Positions 29,969 through 38,912 of a stretch of 64,000 bases of DNA are shown piece after piece (position 1 is the first letter of the stretch; each line of letters opens with the position of its first letter). Source of the DNA: an uncultured Bacilli bacterium (GTDB lineage Bacteria; Bacillota_I; Bacilli_A; RF39; UBA660); assembly GCA_934101645.1 (NCBI GenBank), contig CAKORX010000006.1, forward strand, positions 15,333 to 79,332, read 5' to 3'. The translations under genes were made by a program, and so were the position numbers. The notes below the pieces were generated by a model. That model did no database searches, was not told where the DNA came from, and worked only from the letters and a program-made list of their open reading frames with translations.

Positions 29969-30134
29969 ATTCTAAATTGCAAGCATTACATTACTAATGA
30001 TGTGAAAATTTAGAATTTTTTTGTGTTAAGTCATTTCTTAACACATTATTATTATGACGCAAATAAAAAATATTATACATTTAATTATTTGCCTTTTGTA
30101 TTTATTTATTTTATAATTTATATGGTGATATTTA

Positions 30135-30983
30135 ATGAAAATAGCTTCATGGGAAGATTATAAAATAATTAAAGCGAGTAATGGTTTAAAATTAGAAAAA
30201 TGGAAAAATATTAAATTACTTAGACCAGATCCAATAATAATTTGGAATGATGAAAAGATTTCAAAAGATGAGTGCGATGCTTTTTATCATCGTTCAAATA
30301 CAGGCGGTGGTTATTGGGAAAATATCAATTCTGTTCCTAGCCAATGGAAAGTTAGTTATAAAAATTTAACTTTTAATATTAAACAAATGGGTTTTAAACA
30401 TACAGGATTATTTCCAGAGCAGGCGGTTAACTGGGATAGAATGATTGAAATAATAAAAAGAAGTAATAAAGAAGTTAAAATTTTAAATTTATTTGCTTAT
30501 ACTGGAGGCGCCACTGTAGCATGTCTTTCTGCGGGAGCAAGTGTTGTTCATGTGGACTCTTCGAAAGGAATGAATGATTGGGCAAAAGAAAATGTTAAAT
30601 CATCAGGGCTAGAAAAAGCAAATGTACGTTTTTTAGTGGACGACGTAGTTAAATTCGTTGAACGTGAAATAAGACGTGGAAATAAATATGATGCAATAAT
30701 AATGGACCCTCCAAGTTATGGAAGAGGTAGTAATAAAGAAGTTTGGTCAATTGAAAAAGACTTAGATAATTTACTTAAACTTTGTAAAGAAATTTTAAAT
30801 GATGATTTTTTATTTATGTGTGTTAACACGTATACAGCGAACTTATCTATTATGACTTTAGAAGATTTATTAAAAATAAATTTTAAAAACAGTAAAATTA
30901 ATGTTGATGAAATTGGTTTACCAATAGAAAATACAAATTTATATTTACCTTGTGGTATAACCGGCTGGATTACTAATGACTAG
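30135..30983 (+). CDS. class I SAM-dependent (RlmI/RlmK-like) methyltransferase
   Basis: LNLFAYTGGATVA (motif I) and IIMDPPSYGRG (motif IV, DPPxF/Y type). Confidence 0.65.
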   Translation: MKIASWEDYKIIKASNGLKLEKWKNIKLLRPDPIIIWNDEKISKDECDAFYHRSNTGGGYWENINSVPSQWKVSYKNLTFNIKQMGFKHTGLFPEQAVNWDRMIEIIKRSNKEVKILNLFAYTGGATVACLSAGASVVHVDSSKGMNDWAKENVKSSGLEKANVRFLVDDVVKFVEREIRRGNKYDAIIMDPPSYGRGSNKEVWSIEKDLDNLLKLCKEILNDDFLFMCVNTYTANLSIMTLEDLLKINFKNSKINVDEIGLPIENTNLYLPCGITGWITND

Positions 30984-31635
30984 ACTAAATATATTATATG
31001 AAGATAATCATATAATCGTGGTATATAAATATCCTGGTATGCTTTCACAAAGTGACAACACAAAAGATTTAGATATGTTATCTTTAATAAAAATTTATTT
31101 AAAAGAACGTTATCATAAATCAGGGCAAGCATATGTTGGCTTAGTTCATAGACTTGATAGACCTGTAGGCGGAGTAATGGTTTATGCAAAAACTTCTAAA
31201 GCTGCATCAAGGTTATCAGATCAAATTCGTAATAAGCAAATGATAAAAAAATATTATGCTTTAGTTCATGGCTTTATGGAAGAAGAAAATGGAGTTTTAA
31301 AAAATAGAATTGAAAAAATCGATAATAAAAAAGTTTTATTAGACACACCAAATGGAAAAGAAGCCTTATTAAAATATAATACTGTTAAAAAAATAAATAA
31401 TTTTTCTTTAGTAGATATTACGTTATTAACTGGTAGATACCATCAAATAAGATTGCAATTTTCTTCGAGAAATCATCCTCTTTATGGCGATTATTTATAT
31501 GGTGCTAAGAATGAAAAAGAATTAGCATTAATTGCATATAGTTTGTCTTTTAAGCATCCAACAACGCAAGAACAATTACGTTTTGAAATTGATATTAAAA
31601 ATACAAATTTTAATAAAATTTTGATAAATTGTTAA
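30976..31635 (+). CDS. RluA-family pseudouridine synthase
   Basis: Catalytic VHRLDRPVGGVM motif and LLTGRYHQIRLQF. Confidence 0.8.
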   Translation: MTRLNILYEDNHIIVVYKYPGMLSQSDNTKDLDMLSLIKIYLKERYHKSGQAYVGLVHRLDRPVGGVMVYAKTSKAASRLSDQIRNKQMIKKYYALVHGFMEEENGVLKNRIEKIDNKKVLLDTPNGKEALLKYNTVKKINNFSLVDITLLTGRYHQIRLQFSSRNHPLYGDYLYGAKNEKELALIAYSLSFKHPTTQEQLRFEIDIKNTNFNKILINC

Positions 31636-31699
31636 TTTTTGTTTACTTATGGTTAATAACCCTTTAAAATAAAAAAATTTGAGGTAGAATTAGAATTGT

Positions 31700-32794
31700 A
31701 TGAAACAAGTAGATTTAGTTAAGGTAGGCAATTTTATTACCAAGTTAAGAAAAGAAAACGGGTTAACTCAAGAAGAACTAGCAAATAAATTAATGATTTC
31801 TGACAAAGCAGTTAGTAAGTGGGAAGGTGGAAAAAATTTACCGGATATTGAGTGTCAGAGACAAATTTGCAAACTTTTTAATATTTCTTTAGAAGAGTTA
31901 CATAATGGCGAAAGGGATATAAATAAAAGAACAAAAACAAAAAGGTTATTTAAAGAAAATACGATATTTAAAATTTTAATTATTTGTTTATTCCCTTTAT
32001 TTGTATTTTTATTTGTTTTTTTAATAATTAATTATAGGGCCATAAAAATATATTATTCAAGAGATAATAGAAATAACTCAAAAGAAAGTTTGAATGCAGA
32101 TTTTTTAATTATTAAAAATAGAAAGCAGTTACTTTTGATGTTTGATCATATTACTCCAATTAATGATGTAATAAATGACTCTGATTTAGTAACATTAAAT
32201 ATTTATTCTGAAGATAAACTAATTAGTACAACAAACGATTTAAACGATAAATCACTTCTTTTTAAAAATAGAAAAATTAATATTAATAAATTAAAGATTG
32301 AAGTTGTAGTTACTACAATTGATGATACTGTTAAAACTTTTGTGTCGGAACCTATTTTGCATAAATTAAACTATTATAAAGCAAGTGATGATTATATTAA
32401 TAGTATGCTTATTAATAAAAAAACTGAAGTTTTATCACAAGCTGACATAGTAAAATTACTTGAAAATGCAGATTATAGTAAAATTGATGATGAAACTTAT
32501 GAAAAAATAATAAAAGAAAATGATAGTTGTTTAAAAATAAAATATAATTTAAGTATTAATAAGGTTGATATAGTATATGTTTTTAACAATTATGTCACAA
32601 AAATTAAGGGCGATTATGAAACAGAAAATATAAGTTCAGTTGTTTATAATAAAGATAATTTAAATAATGTTGTCGAAAAATATTATTTTAACTATAAAAC
32701 AAAAGCAAAAAATTGTATTATCGGAGAGTGTGCAACTCTTGAAAGTGTCAGTAAAGACGTAGCTAAATACATAACTCTACCTCAAGTAGAGTGA
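31700..32794 (+). CDS. membrane-tethered XRE-family HTH regulator
   Basis: LTQEELANKLMISDKAVSKWEGGKNLPD HTH, TM helix (ILIICLFPLFVFLFVFLII), and a large C-terminal domain. Confidence 0.7.
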   Translation: MKQVDLVKVGNFITKLRKENGLTQEELANKLMISDKAVSKWEGGKNLPDIECQRQICKLFNISLEELHNGERDINKRTKTKRLFKENTIFKILIICLFPLFVFLFVFLIINYRAIKIYYSRDNRNNSKESLNADFLIIKNRKQLLLMFDHITPINDVINDSDLVTLNIYSEDKLISTTNDLNDKSLLFKNRKININKLKIEVVVTTIDDTVKTFVSEPILHKLNYYKASDDYINSMLINKKTEVLSQADIVKLLENADYSKIDDETYEKIIKENDSCLKIKYNLSINKVDIVYVFNNYVTKIKGDYETENISSVVYNKDNLNNVVEKYYFNYKTKAKNCIIGECATLESVSKDVAKYITLPQVE

Positions 32795-32861
32795 CATTCT
32801 ACTTTATCTCGGTTGCCAAAATATGCCAAAATGCGTTATGATTTTCTCGAAAGGAGGGCAA

Positions 32862-33728
32862 TTGAGAAGTAAGATAGTAAAAGTTATGTTTTTCTTTCTA
32901 CTATTAATACCAATTTTGGTAAAAGCAGAAAACCAAGATATTTCTGAAGTACCTCATTATGTAAACGCATTAGGAACAAAAATTAGAATTACAGATTGTG
33001 AAAAAATAATTGCGGTTTATGATGAAGATTATATGGAAATGATGACTGAAGAAGATTACGAAAGATTTAGAAATAAAAAAATCGATTTAAATAATCTCGT
33101 TCAAAGCAAAGCATATATTAAAACAACTATCAATCATATAACTGATGAGGTAAGCCATACTCAAGTTAGTGAAGCAGAATATAATAATTATAGTCCAGAA
33201 AATGATAGCATTGAAGTTTATTTAGAAACGGAATATAAACATTTGACTTTAACAGGTTCTGCTTATGGTGATGGTTATGGCGATGTTACTTTAGGAGTAG
33301 TATGGAAAGCAATACCAGTTCGAAGATCTTTTGATATTTTAGCAGTAAGATATGTTGGAATTGAAAGCATTAATGGAACACAAACTGGAAAACAAGTTTA
33401 CAAAATAAATGGTGAACTTGGTTATGTAGACTATGGTTGGAATGGTACTAATATCAATAGAAAAGATAATGGCTTTGGCATATCTATGAATCTTATTAAT
33501 TCTGCGGATGTTGACTATTTCCGTATGTATATAGATTCTGAAATTAAATTTACAGGCCAAGGTCCTACAATATATGGAACATACCAACATGCAATCAAAA
33601 ATGTTACCTTAGCTGCATCTAAAAACTATATATTCACTTCCGGCGGTTTAGGTGGCGTTATTGATTATCAAAGTAGTTTTCAAGAAAAATATGATGATAT
33701 GCAAGGTTTAGCAATATATTTTTATTAA
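32862..33728 (+). CDS. secreted hypothetical protein
   Basis: A TTG start just after AAAGGAGGG gives MRSKIVKVMFFFLLLIPILVKA|EN, a good signal peptide. The track's ATG at 32823 has no RBS. Confidence 0.45.
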   Translation: MRSKIVKVMFFFLLLIPILVKAENQDISEVPHYVNALGTKIRITDCEKIIAVYDEDYMEMMTEEDYERFRNKKIDLNNLVQSKAYIKTTINHITDEVSHTQVSEAEYNNYSPENDSIEVYLETEYKHLTLTGSAYGDGYGDVTLGVVWKAIPVRRSFDILAVRYVGIESINGTQTGKQVYKINGELGYVDYGWNGTNINRKDNGFGISMNLINSADVDYFRMYIDSEIKFTGQGPTIYGTYQHAIKNVTLAASKNYIFTSGGLGGVIDYQSSFQEKYDDMQGLAIYFY

Positions 33729-33971
33729 TATAAAAGAAAAAGTGAAGCAAAAAATAGCAAGAAAAAAGAGTAAAACAAAGAAATAGCATAAAAAAAGAAA
33801 AAAGTGAAATACAATGATAGCATATTATTTAGTACAAAACTATATTACTTTATGATATTAATGAAAATGGCAATAAATAAAAAAATATAAGAATAAATTA
33901 CCAAAACACAAATTGCCATTTTCATATAATATCGTTTCAAAAAAAAAAATTAAAAAAACAGTCAAAATTGA

Positions 33972-34000
33972 TTGACATATTAGGATTTATTTACTATAAT
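33972..34000 (+). promoter_or_regulatory. consensus sigma-A promoter for tRNA-Asn
   Basis: TTGACA (33972-33977), a 17-nt spacer, TATAAT (33995-34000), 20 nt upstream of the tRNA. Confidence 0.7.
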
Positions 34001-34019
34001 TTATCTTGTATTGATAAGT

Positions 34020-34095
34020 GCCCAATTAGCTCAGTCGGTAGAGCGCACGGCTGTTAACCGTTAGGTCGTAGGTTCGAGTCCTACATTGGGCGCCA
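34020..34095 (+). tRNA. tRNA-Asn(GUU), CCA encoded
   Basis: Acceptor GCCCAAT/ATTGGGC, anticodon loop CTGTTAA, T arm GTAGG-TTCGAGT-CCTAC. Confidence 0.85.
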
Positions 34096-34204
34096 TTTTT
34101 TTTTGCGTATTTATATTAAAAGTATACAACGGTACCGTAAGGTGCCTTTTTTATTGAAATTTTAATTAAATTATTTTATACTAATTAAGAAAGGTTGATA
34201 ATAT

Positions 34205-35122
34205 ATGAATGAGAAAATAAGTATGATTGAACGCTATGGAGAAGATTTGACAAAGAAGACTTATATAACTGATCCTGCCATAGCAAGAGATAATGAAATC
34301 AAAGAATGTATGCTTATTTTATTAACACCAGAAAAAAGTGCTTTGTTAGTTGGTAAAGCAGGTATAGGTAAAACTGCCATAGTCGAGGGTATTGCATATC
34401 GTATTCAAAATAATTTAGTTCCTGATGCTTTAAAGGGCTGGGTTATTATTAAAATAAATATCACAAGTTTAATTGGAGAAACTCAAAGCGAAGGACAGAC
34501 AGAAAATCGTATGGATTTATTAATGCAAGAGTTATCTCAGAGAACTAAAACTATATTATTTATTGATGAAACACATTTACTTGTTAATAGACAAGGAGGA
34601 CTAGATTTTGCAAATATGTTAAAATCTGGACTTGACCGTGGTACAATCAAAATGATTGGAGCAACTACAACCGAAGAATACGAAACATATATCTTAAGAG
34701 ATAGAGCCTTTTTAAGACGTTTTCAAAAAGTTGATGTATTAGAGGCTTCACAGGATGATTGTGTAAAAATATTAATGGGTACTTATCCAAAACTAGAGAA
34801 ACAAATTGGTGTAAAACTAAATTATACACCATTTATTATAGAGAAAATAATGCGTTTTATAGTTGAAATGACTGATGAATACAAAAGAATTTATGAAATT
34901 TCAAATAGATATCCTGATATTTGTTTAACAATTATAGCTAATGCATTTACTTATGCGTTATATGATAATAGTAGTGTAGTAACTATAAAACATTTTTACA
35001 AAGCAATATGCAATGCAAAAAGTATTTATCCAGATGCGCTAGTAAGAGAAAAACAAAGATTTATAACTTTATTTAGCGATATGTTAAAAAATGAAAATGT
35101 TGATTTAAACGATATTAAATAG
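34205..35122 (+). CDS. stand-alone Clp/Hsp100 D1-type AAA+ module (305 aa)
   Basis: [10 protein letters not shown]..., Walker [16 protein letters not shown], Walker [10 protein letters not shown], and [28 protein letters not shown]. These match ClpA/B/C D1, but there is no N-domain, M-domain or D2. Confidence 0.6.
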   Translation: MNEKISMIERYGEDLTKKTYITDPAIARDNEIKECMLILLTPEKSALLVGKAGIGKTAIVEGIAYRIQNNLVPDALKGWVIIKINITSLIGETQSEGQTENRMDLLMQELSQRTKTILFIDETHLLVNRQGGLDFANMLKSGLDRGTIKMIGATTTEEYETYILRDRAFLRRFQKVDVLEASQDDCVKILMGTYPKLEKQIGVKLNYTPFIIEKIMRFIVEMTDEYKRIYEISNRYPDICLTIIANAFTYALYDNSSVVTIKHFYKAICNAKSIYPDALVREKQRFITLFSDMLKNENVDLNDIK

Positions 35123-35199
35123 TATTTTTCTTGATTTTTATTAAAAAGTATTGTATATTATAAATGAACACGAAAAAGTGTTTTTTTATTGGAGGAAAA

Positions 35200-35448
35200 A
35201 TGACAAAAGATAGTGAAAAAACCAAAGAAATTAAGCAAACAAAAAAAGTAACTAAAAAAAGTAAACCAAAAGTAAAAAAAGAGAGTTATTTAAAAGGCGT
35301 AAGAAAGGAAATGAAACTTGTTAAATGGCCAACATTTAAAGAAGTTATTAAGTACACTATTGCTACAGTTGTAATGTGTCTTATTGTATGTGGTTTCTTT
35401 TTACTTTTAAATTTATTATTATCATTAATAAAAGGATGGTTGGTGTAG
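35200..35448 (+). CDS. secE: preprotein translocase subunit SecE
   Basis: Lys-rich N-terminus, then GVRKEMKLVKWPTFKEV and one TM helix. Directly upstream of nusG. ATG at 35200 follows GGAGGA. Confidence 0.85.
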   Translation: MTKDSEKTKEIKQTKKVTKKSKPKVKKESYLKGVRKEMKLVKWPTFKEVIKYTIATVVMCLIVCGFFLLLNLLLSLIKGWLV

Positions 35449-35452
35449 TATT

Positions 35453-35995
35453 ATGGAAGAAAATCAAAAATTATGGTATGTAGTTAATACATATTCAGGT
35501 CATGAACTTTCAGTTAAAGAAAAACTTGAAATGCGTACAGAAAGCATGGGAATGCAGGATTATATTTTTAGAGTAATTATTCCTGAAACAACTGAGGTTG
35601 AAGTAAAAGATGGAGTAAAAAAAGAAAAAGTTAAGAAAATGTTTCCTGGATATGTTTTAGTCGAAATGATAATGACAGATGAAGCATGGTATATTGTTCG
35701 TAATACTCCGGGAGTTACAGGATTTATTGGCTCTAGTGGTAAAGGTGCTAAACCAACTCCATTATTACCTCAAGAAATAGATAGAATACTTGCCTCAATG
35801 GGAATGAGTAGAGTAAATGTCGATGCTGAAATGAAAGTTGGCGATAATGTTAATATTATTGATGGACCATTTAAGGGAATGAATGGAAAAATTGATAGCA
35901 TTGATGCTGAAAATAATCGTTTAACTATAATTATTGACTTATTTGGTCAAGAAACATCCGTAGATGTAGAAAACTATCAAGTTAGTAAATACTAA
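35453..35995 (+). CDS. nusG: transcription termination/antitermination factor NusG
   Basis: WYVVNTYSGHE, FPGYVLVEM, V..TPGVTGF and a KOW segment (G..V.I..GPF.G..G.I). Confidence 0.9.
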   Translation: MEENQKLWYVVNTYSGHELSVKEKLEMRTESMGMQDYIFRVIIPETTEVEVKDGVKKEKVKKMFPGYVLVEMIMTDEAWYIVRNTPGVTGFIGSSGKGAKPTPLLPQEIDRILASMGMSRVNVDAEMKVGDNVNIIDGPFKGMNGKIDSIDAENNRLTIIIDLFGQETSVDVENYQVSKY

Positions 35996-36027
35996 AAAAA
36001 TTAATCGTTTGTGATTAATTTTTTTTC
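35996..36027. terminator. bidirectional hairpin terminator shared by nusG and the convergent permease fragment
   Basis: A-run, AATTAATC-GTTTGT-GATTAATT, then a T7 run. The permease stop codon (36001-36003, minus strand) lies inside the stem. Confidence 0.65.
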
Positions 36028-36180
36028 TGTTAAAGAGACAATTAAATATAATAAATAGGAAAAGATAATTAATATAAATATTGACGACATTACTAGATCC
36101 AAATCAAAAACTTGTGTGCCATACATTATTAGATATCCAATACCTTTTTTACATGAAAGAAATTCTCCAGTTATAACTCC
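36001..36180 (-). pseudogene. 3' fragment (last 59 codons) of the NitT/TauT-type ABC permease, detached by element 1
   Basis: The minus strand reads GVITGEFLSCKKGIGYLIMYGTQVFDLDLVMSSIFILIIFSYLLYLIVSLTEKKLITND*. There is no start codon or RBS. It continues the permease that breaks at 41445. Confidence 0.8.
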
Positions 36181-36192
36181 ATCATAACAGGT

Positions 36193-36203
36193 ATGGGGAG
36201 AAA
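36193..36203. repeat. left arm of the element 1 terminal inverted repeat
   Basis: ATGGGGAGAAA matches the reverse complement of 41422-41432 (ATGGAGAGAAA) at 10 of 11 positions. Both arms are equidistant from the junctions. Confidence 0.6.
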
Positions 36204-36863
36204 TTCATAATAAAGTAGTATTTCAAAAATAAATAACTAATCTATGACAGTTATGCATATTGTAAATATGATGTAAAAGAGTAATATTGAGATTTTTGTA
36301 TTTAGTTGCATAAATTATATTATTTAATTTAATTGTGTTATAGAAAATACTTTAAAAAGACTAGGTTATGATTATGAAAAAATAATAAATATAGAAGTCG
36401 TTTTTTTATAAATAAACTATAAATATCTTGGAATAAAAAGAAAAACAAAAAATAAGTAAATTTGAATATGAATTGGAGGTATCTAAATAATGTATGTTGT
36501 TGATATAACAAGAGTTAATAAAAAAAGTATGATAGTGATATGTTGGTTGGTAAAATGATCACTGTTACTAAAACAAAGACAATGAATTATTATGCTCTTG
36601 CTAACTTACAAATTACTATGGAATCTTAACTATTAGATAAAGAATTAAATATGGATTTATTTTTCTTAAAATCATTTATAAAGGATAATTATAACATTGA
36701 TATTAAAGATGGATTAATAATACAAAGTATAAATGCTAATAAAGAAAATTGTGTGTTTGTTAAACAATTTATTTATAATAAAAATTCTTATTACTATATC
36801 TATCAGTTTTATAAAAATAGATTTTAAAAGTATGGTATAATATAAATTGAAGGTAGGTGTAAA

Positions 36864-37379
36864 ATGAAGAATACAATCATTAAGTCAGTATTAGCAGTTG
36901 TGTTCGGAATAGCTATAGGTATATTTTCAAAATGGGGAGATGTTATACCTGGTGATAATTTAATAAAATATTTTGGATGGATATCTACTGGTGTTATTAT
37001 TTGGTTGGCAATAGGTTCATTTTTAATTATCAAGACTAAGAATAGAAAAGAATTTAGTATTGTTTATTCATTATTTATGATATCAATGCTGATATCGTAT
37101 TATATTTTTTCTCTGGGGGTAGTTAAATACTTAGTTAAAAGAATAGTAATATTTTGGATTATAATGTTTATTGGATCACTTATCTTAGAAAATATAATAT
37201 ATGATAAAAAAAATACTAATTTGTTTAGAATATTATTTATTCTAGCTTCAATAATATTTTTGATATATGATGCCATAGAAATAAATGGAATTAATCTAAT
37301 AGCTATTATTCCTGAGGTATTAATGGTTGTATATGTTTTAATTATTATTAGCAAAAGCATAAAGAAATCTAAAAATTAA
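36864..37379 (+). CDS. hypothetical polytopic membrane protein (element 1 cargo)
   Basis: RBS GAAGGTAGGTG and about 5 hydrophobic helices. Confidence 0.45.
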   Translation: MKNTIIKSVLAVVFGIAIGIFSKWGDVIPGDNLIKYFGWISTGVIIWLAIGSFLIIKTKNRKEFSIVYSLFMISMLISYYIFSLGVVKYLVKRIVIFWIIMFIGSLILENIIYDKKNTNLFRILFILASIIFLIYDAIEINGINLIAIIPEVLMVVYVLIIISKSIKKSKN

Positions 37380-37429
37380 ATAACAATTATTTAGTTAAAT
37401 TATAAATTTGTTATAGAAGGAGGAAACAA

Positions 37430-37810
37430 ATGAAAAATCAATTAATAATTAAAAAATGTCAAAAATGTGGTGCATTGGTTGAGGTAATCAATGACTGTAA
37501 CTGTAACGAGTGTGGAATAGCTTGCTGTGGAGAACCTATGATTAAGTTAATTCCAAATAGTGTTGATGCATCGTTTGAAAAACACATTCCAACTTTTGAA
37601 CATAGAGGTGATGAAATACTTGTAAAAGTAAATCATGTTATGGAAAAAGAACATTTTATTGAATGGATTGCACTGGTTAATGATAAAGATATTTGCAAAG
37701 TTAGATTATTACCAGAGCAAAATGCAGAATGTAAATTTAAATATATAAAGGGATCAAAATTATATGCATATTGTAATAAGCATGGACTTTGGTCTTGTGA
37801 TGTAGAATAA
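37430..37810 (+). CDS. dfx: desulfoferrodoxin-type (2Fe) superoxide reductase
   Basis: A 126-aa protein. N-terminal desulforedoxin Cys set (CQKCG...CCGEPM). C-terminal SOR centre residues (EKHIP, H..EKEHFIEWI, CNKHGLW). RBS GAAGGAGG. Confidence 0.85.
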   Translation: MKNQLIIKKCQKCGALVEVINDCNCNECGIACCGEPMIKLIPNSVDASFEKHIPTFEHRGDEILVKVNHVMEKEHFIEWIALVNDKDICKVRLLPEQNAECKFKYIKGSKLYAYCNKHGLWSCDVE

Positions 37811-37918
37811 TAGTTATTTGTATTATAATTGTTAAAAGTCTTTGACAAGGTTCCAAAGACATTTGGTAGAAATTTACTACTAACATATATATAATTGTTA
37901 GTGAAAGGAGGAACAAGA

Positions 37919-38479
37919 ATGAAGTTAGGAGATAATATTTTCAAACTAAGAAAAGATTGCAAACTTTCACAAGAACAATTAGCAGAAAAAGTTGATGTTA
38001 CTAGACAAACAATATCAAATTGGGAGCTTGGTGAAACTTCTCCAAATCCTGAACAGTTAAAATTATTATCTAAAGCACTTAATGTTAGTATTGATGAATT
38101 ATTAAATAATGACATTAAACAAGTATTAGTAGAAAAAGTAAATAATACTGAAAAACTTGCTGAAATAATAATTAAAATACTAAAAGTCTTGGGAATTATT
38201 TTTGTTGTCGGTTTTGCTATTACTATTTTCATAAATATTATGTTTGGTGCTAAAAAAGACTCTATGACTATAAAAGAAAATCAAACTGTTCTTCTTAATT
38301 GTCAACTGAATAGTGAAAAGTATACTTATCTAATAGAATATGATAAAGATGATAATATTATTGATGCAAGCGGTAGTGATTATATTATAAATGTTGTTAA
38401 AGATAAACAGTTTAACAAAGCTAAGATATTAGTAAAATATATTGAATCATATTTTGAAGATAATGGTGGAAAATGTTAA
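37919..38479 (+). CDS. membrane-tethered XRE-family HTH regulator (element 1 cargo)
   Basis: LSQEQLAEKVDVTRQTISNWELGETSP HTH and a TM helix (IIIKILKVLGIIFVVGFAITIFINIMF). ATG at 37919 follows GAAAGGAGG. Confidence 0.7.
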   Translation: MKLGDNIFKLRKDCKLSQEQLAEKVDVTRQTISNWELGETSPNPEQLKLLSKALNVSIDELLNNDIKQVLVEKVNNTEKLAEIIIKILKVLGIIFVVGFAITIFINIMFGAKKDSMTIKENQTVLLNCQLNSEKYTYLIEYDKDDNIIDASGSDYIINVVKDKQFNKAKILVKYIESYFEDNGGKC

Positions 38480-38636
38480 TTAATAATATATTTATAAATA
38501 AGATCAATTTTATATTGGTCTTATTTTTCTAAAGTATTGACATTTAAAAAACGATTATATTAAAAACTTTTTTGAAATTGAAAAACTTATGATATAATTA
38601 ATATGCAGGAAGTAAATCACATTTAATTTATTATTT

Positions 38637-38912
38637 GTGAGGATGTATAATGAAGAAGAAAAAATAGTAATAATCACACTGTGTTTTATAGTAGGTTTTA
38701 TATTTTTAGATTTTATAATCACCCTATCATTTAATAATAGTCCAATAATTATAATTAGAGATTATTATAATGGTGGTTCTACCATTTACAAAGATAAAGG
38801 AATATTTACAAATACTTATAAATGTTCTGATAGTAAAACTAAAACAGTTTTAAAAACAACTAAATATAGCTGCCCTATGATAGTAAGGAAGAAGATAAAA
38901 AAGAAGCAATAA
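38637..38912 (+). CDS. small membrane-anchored hypothetical protein; the start is uncertain
   Basis: The best RBS (GAGGA) serves an ATG at 38650, which is out of frame by one nt across an A6 run (38659-38664). With A7 the product would begin MKKKKIVIITLCF... Confidence 0.35.
   Translation: MRMYNEEEKIVIITLCFIVGFIFLDFIITLSFNNSPIIIIRDYYNGGSTIYKDKGIFTNTYKCSDSKTKTVLKTTKYSCPMIVRKKIKKKQ

Noticed and set aside
37633-38232. 199-aa minus-strand ORF in the track, antisense to dfx and the XRE regulator
   Set aside because: It has low-complexity S/F/L/N-rich composition and no RBS. It fully overlaps two sense-strand genes with strong RBSs and clear family motifs. This is a typical shadow ORF in AT-rich DNA.
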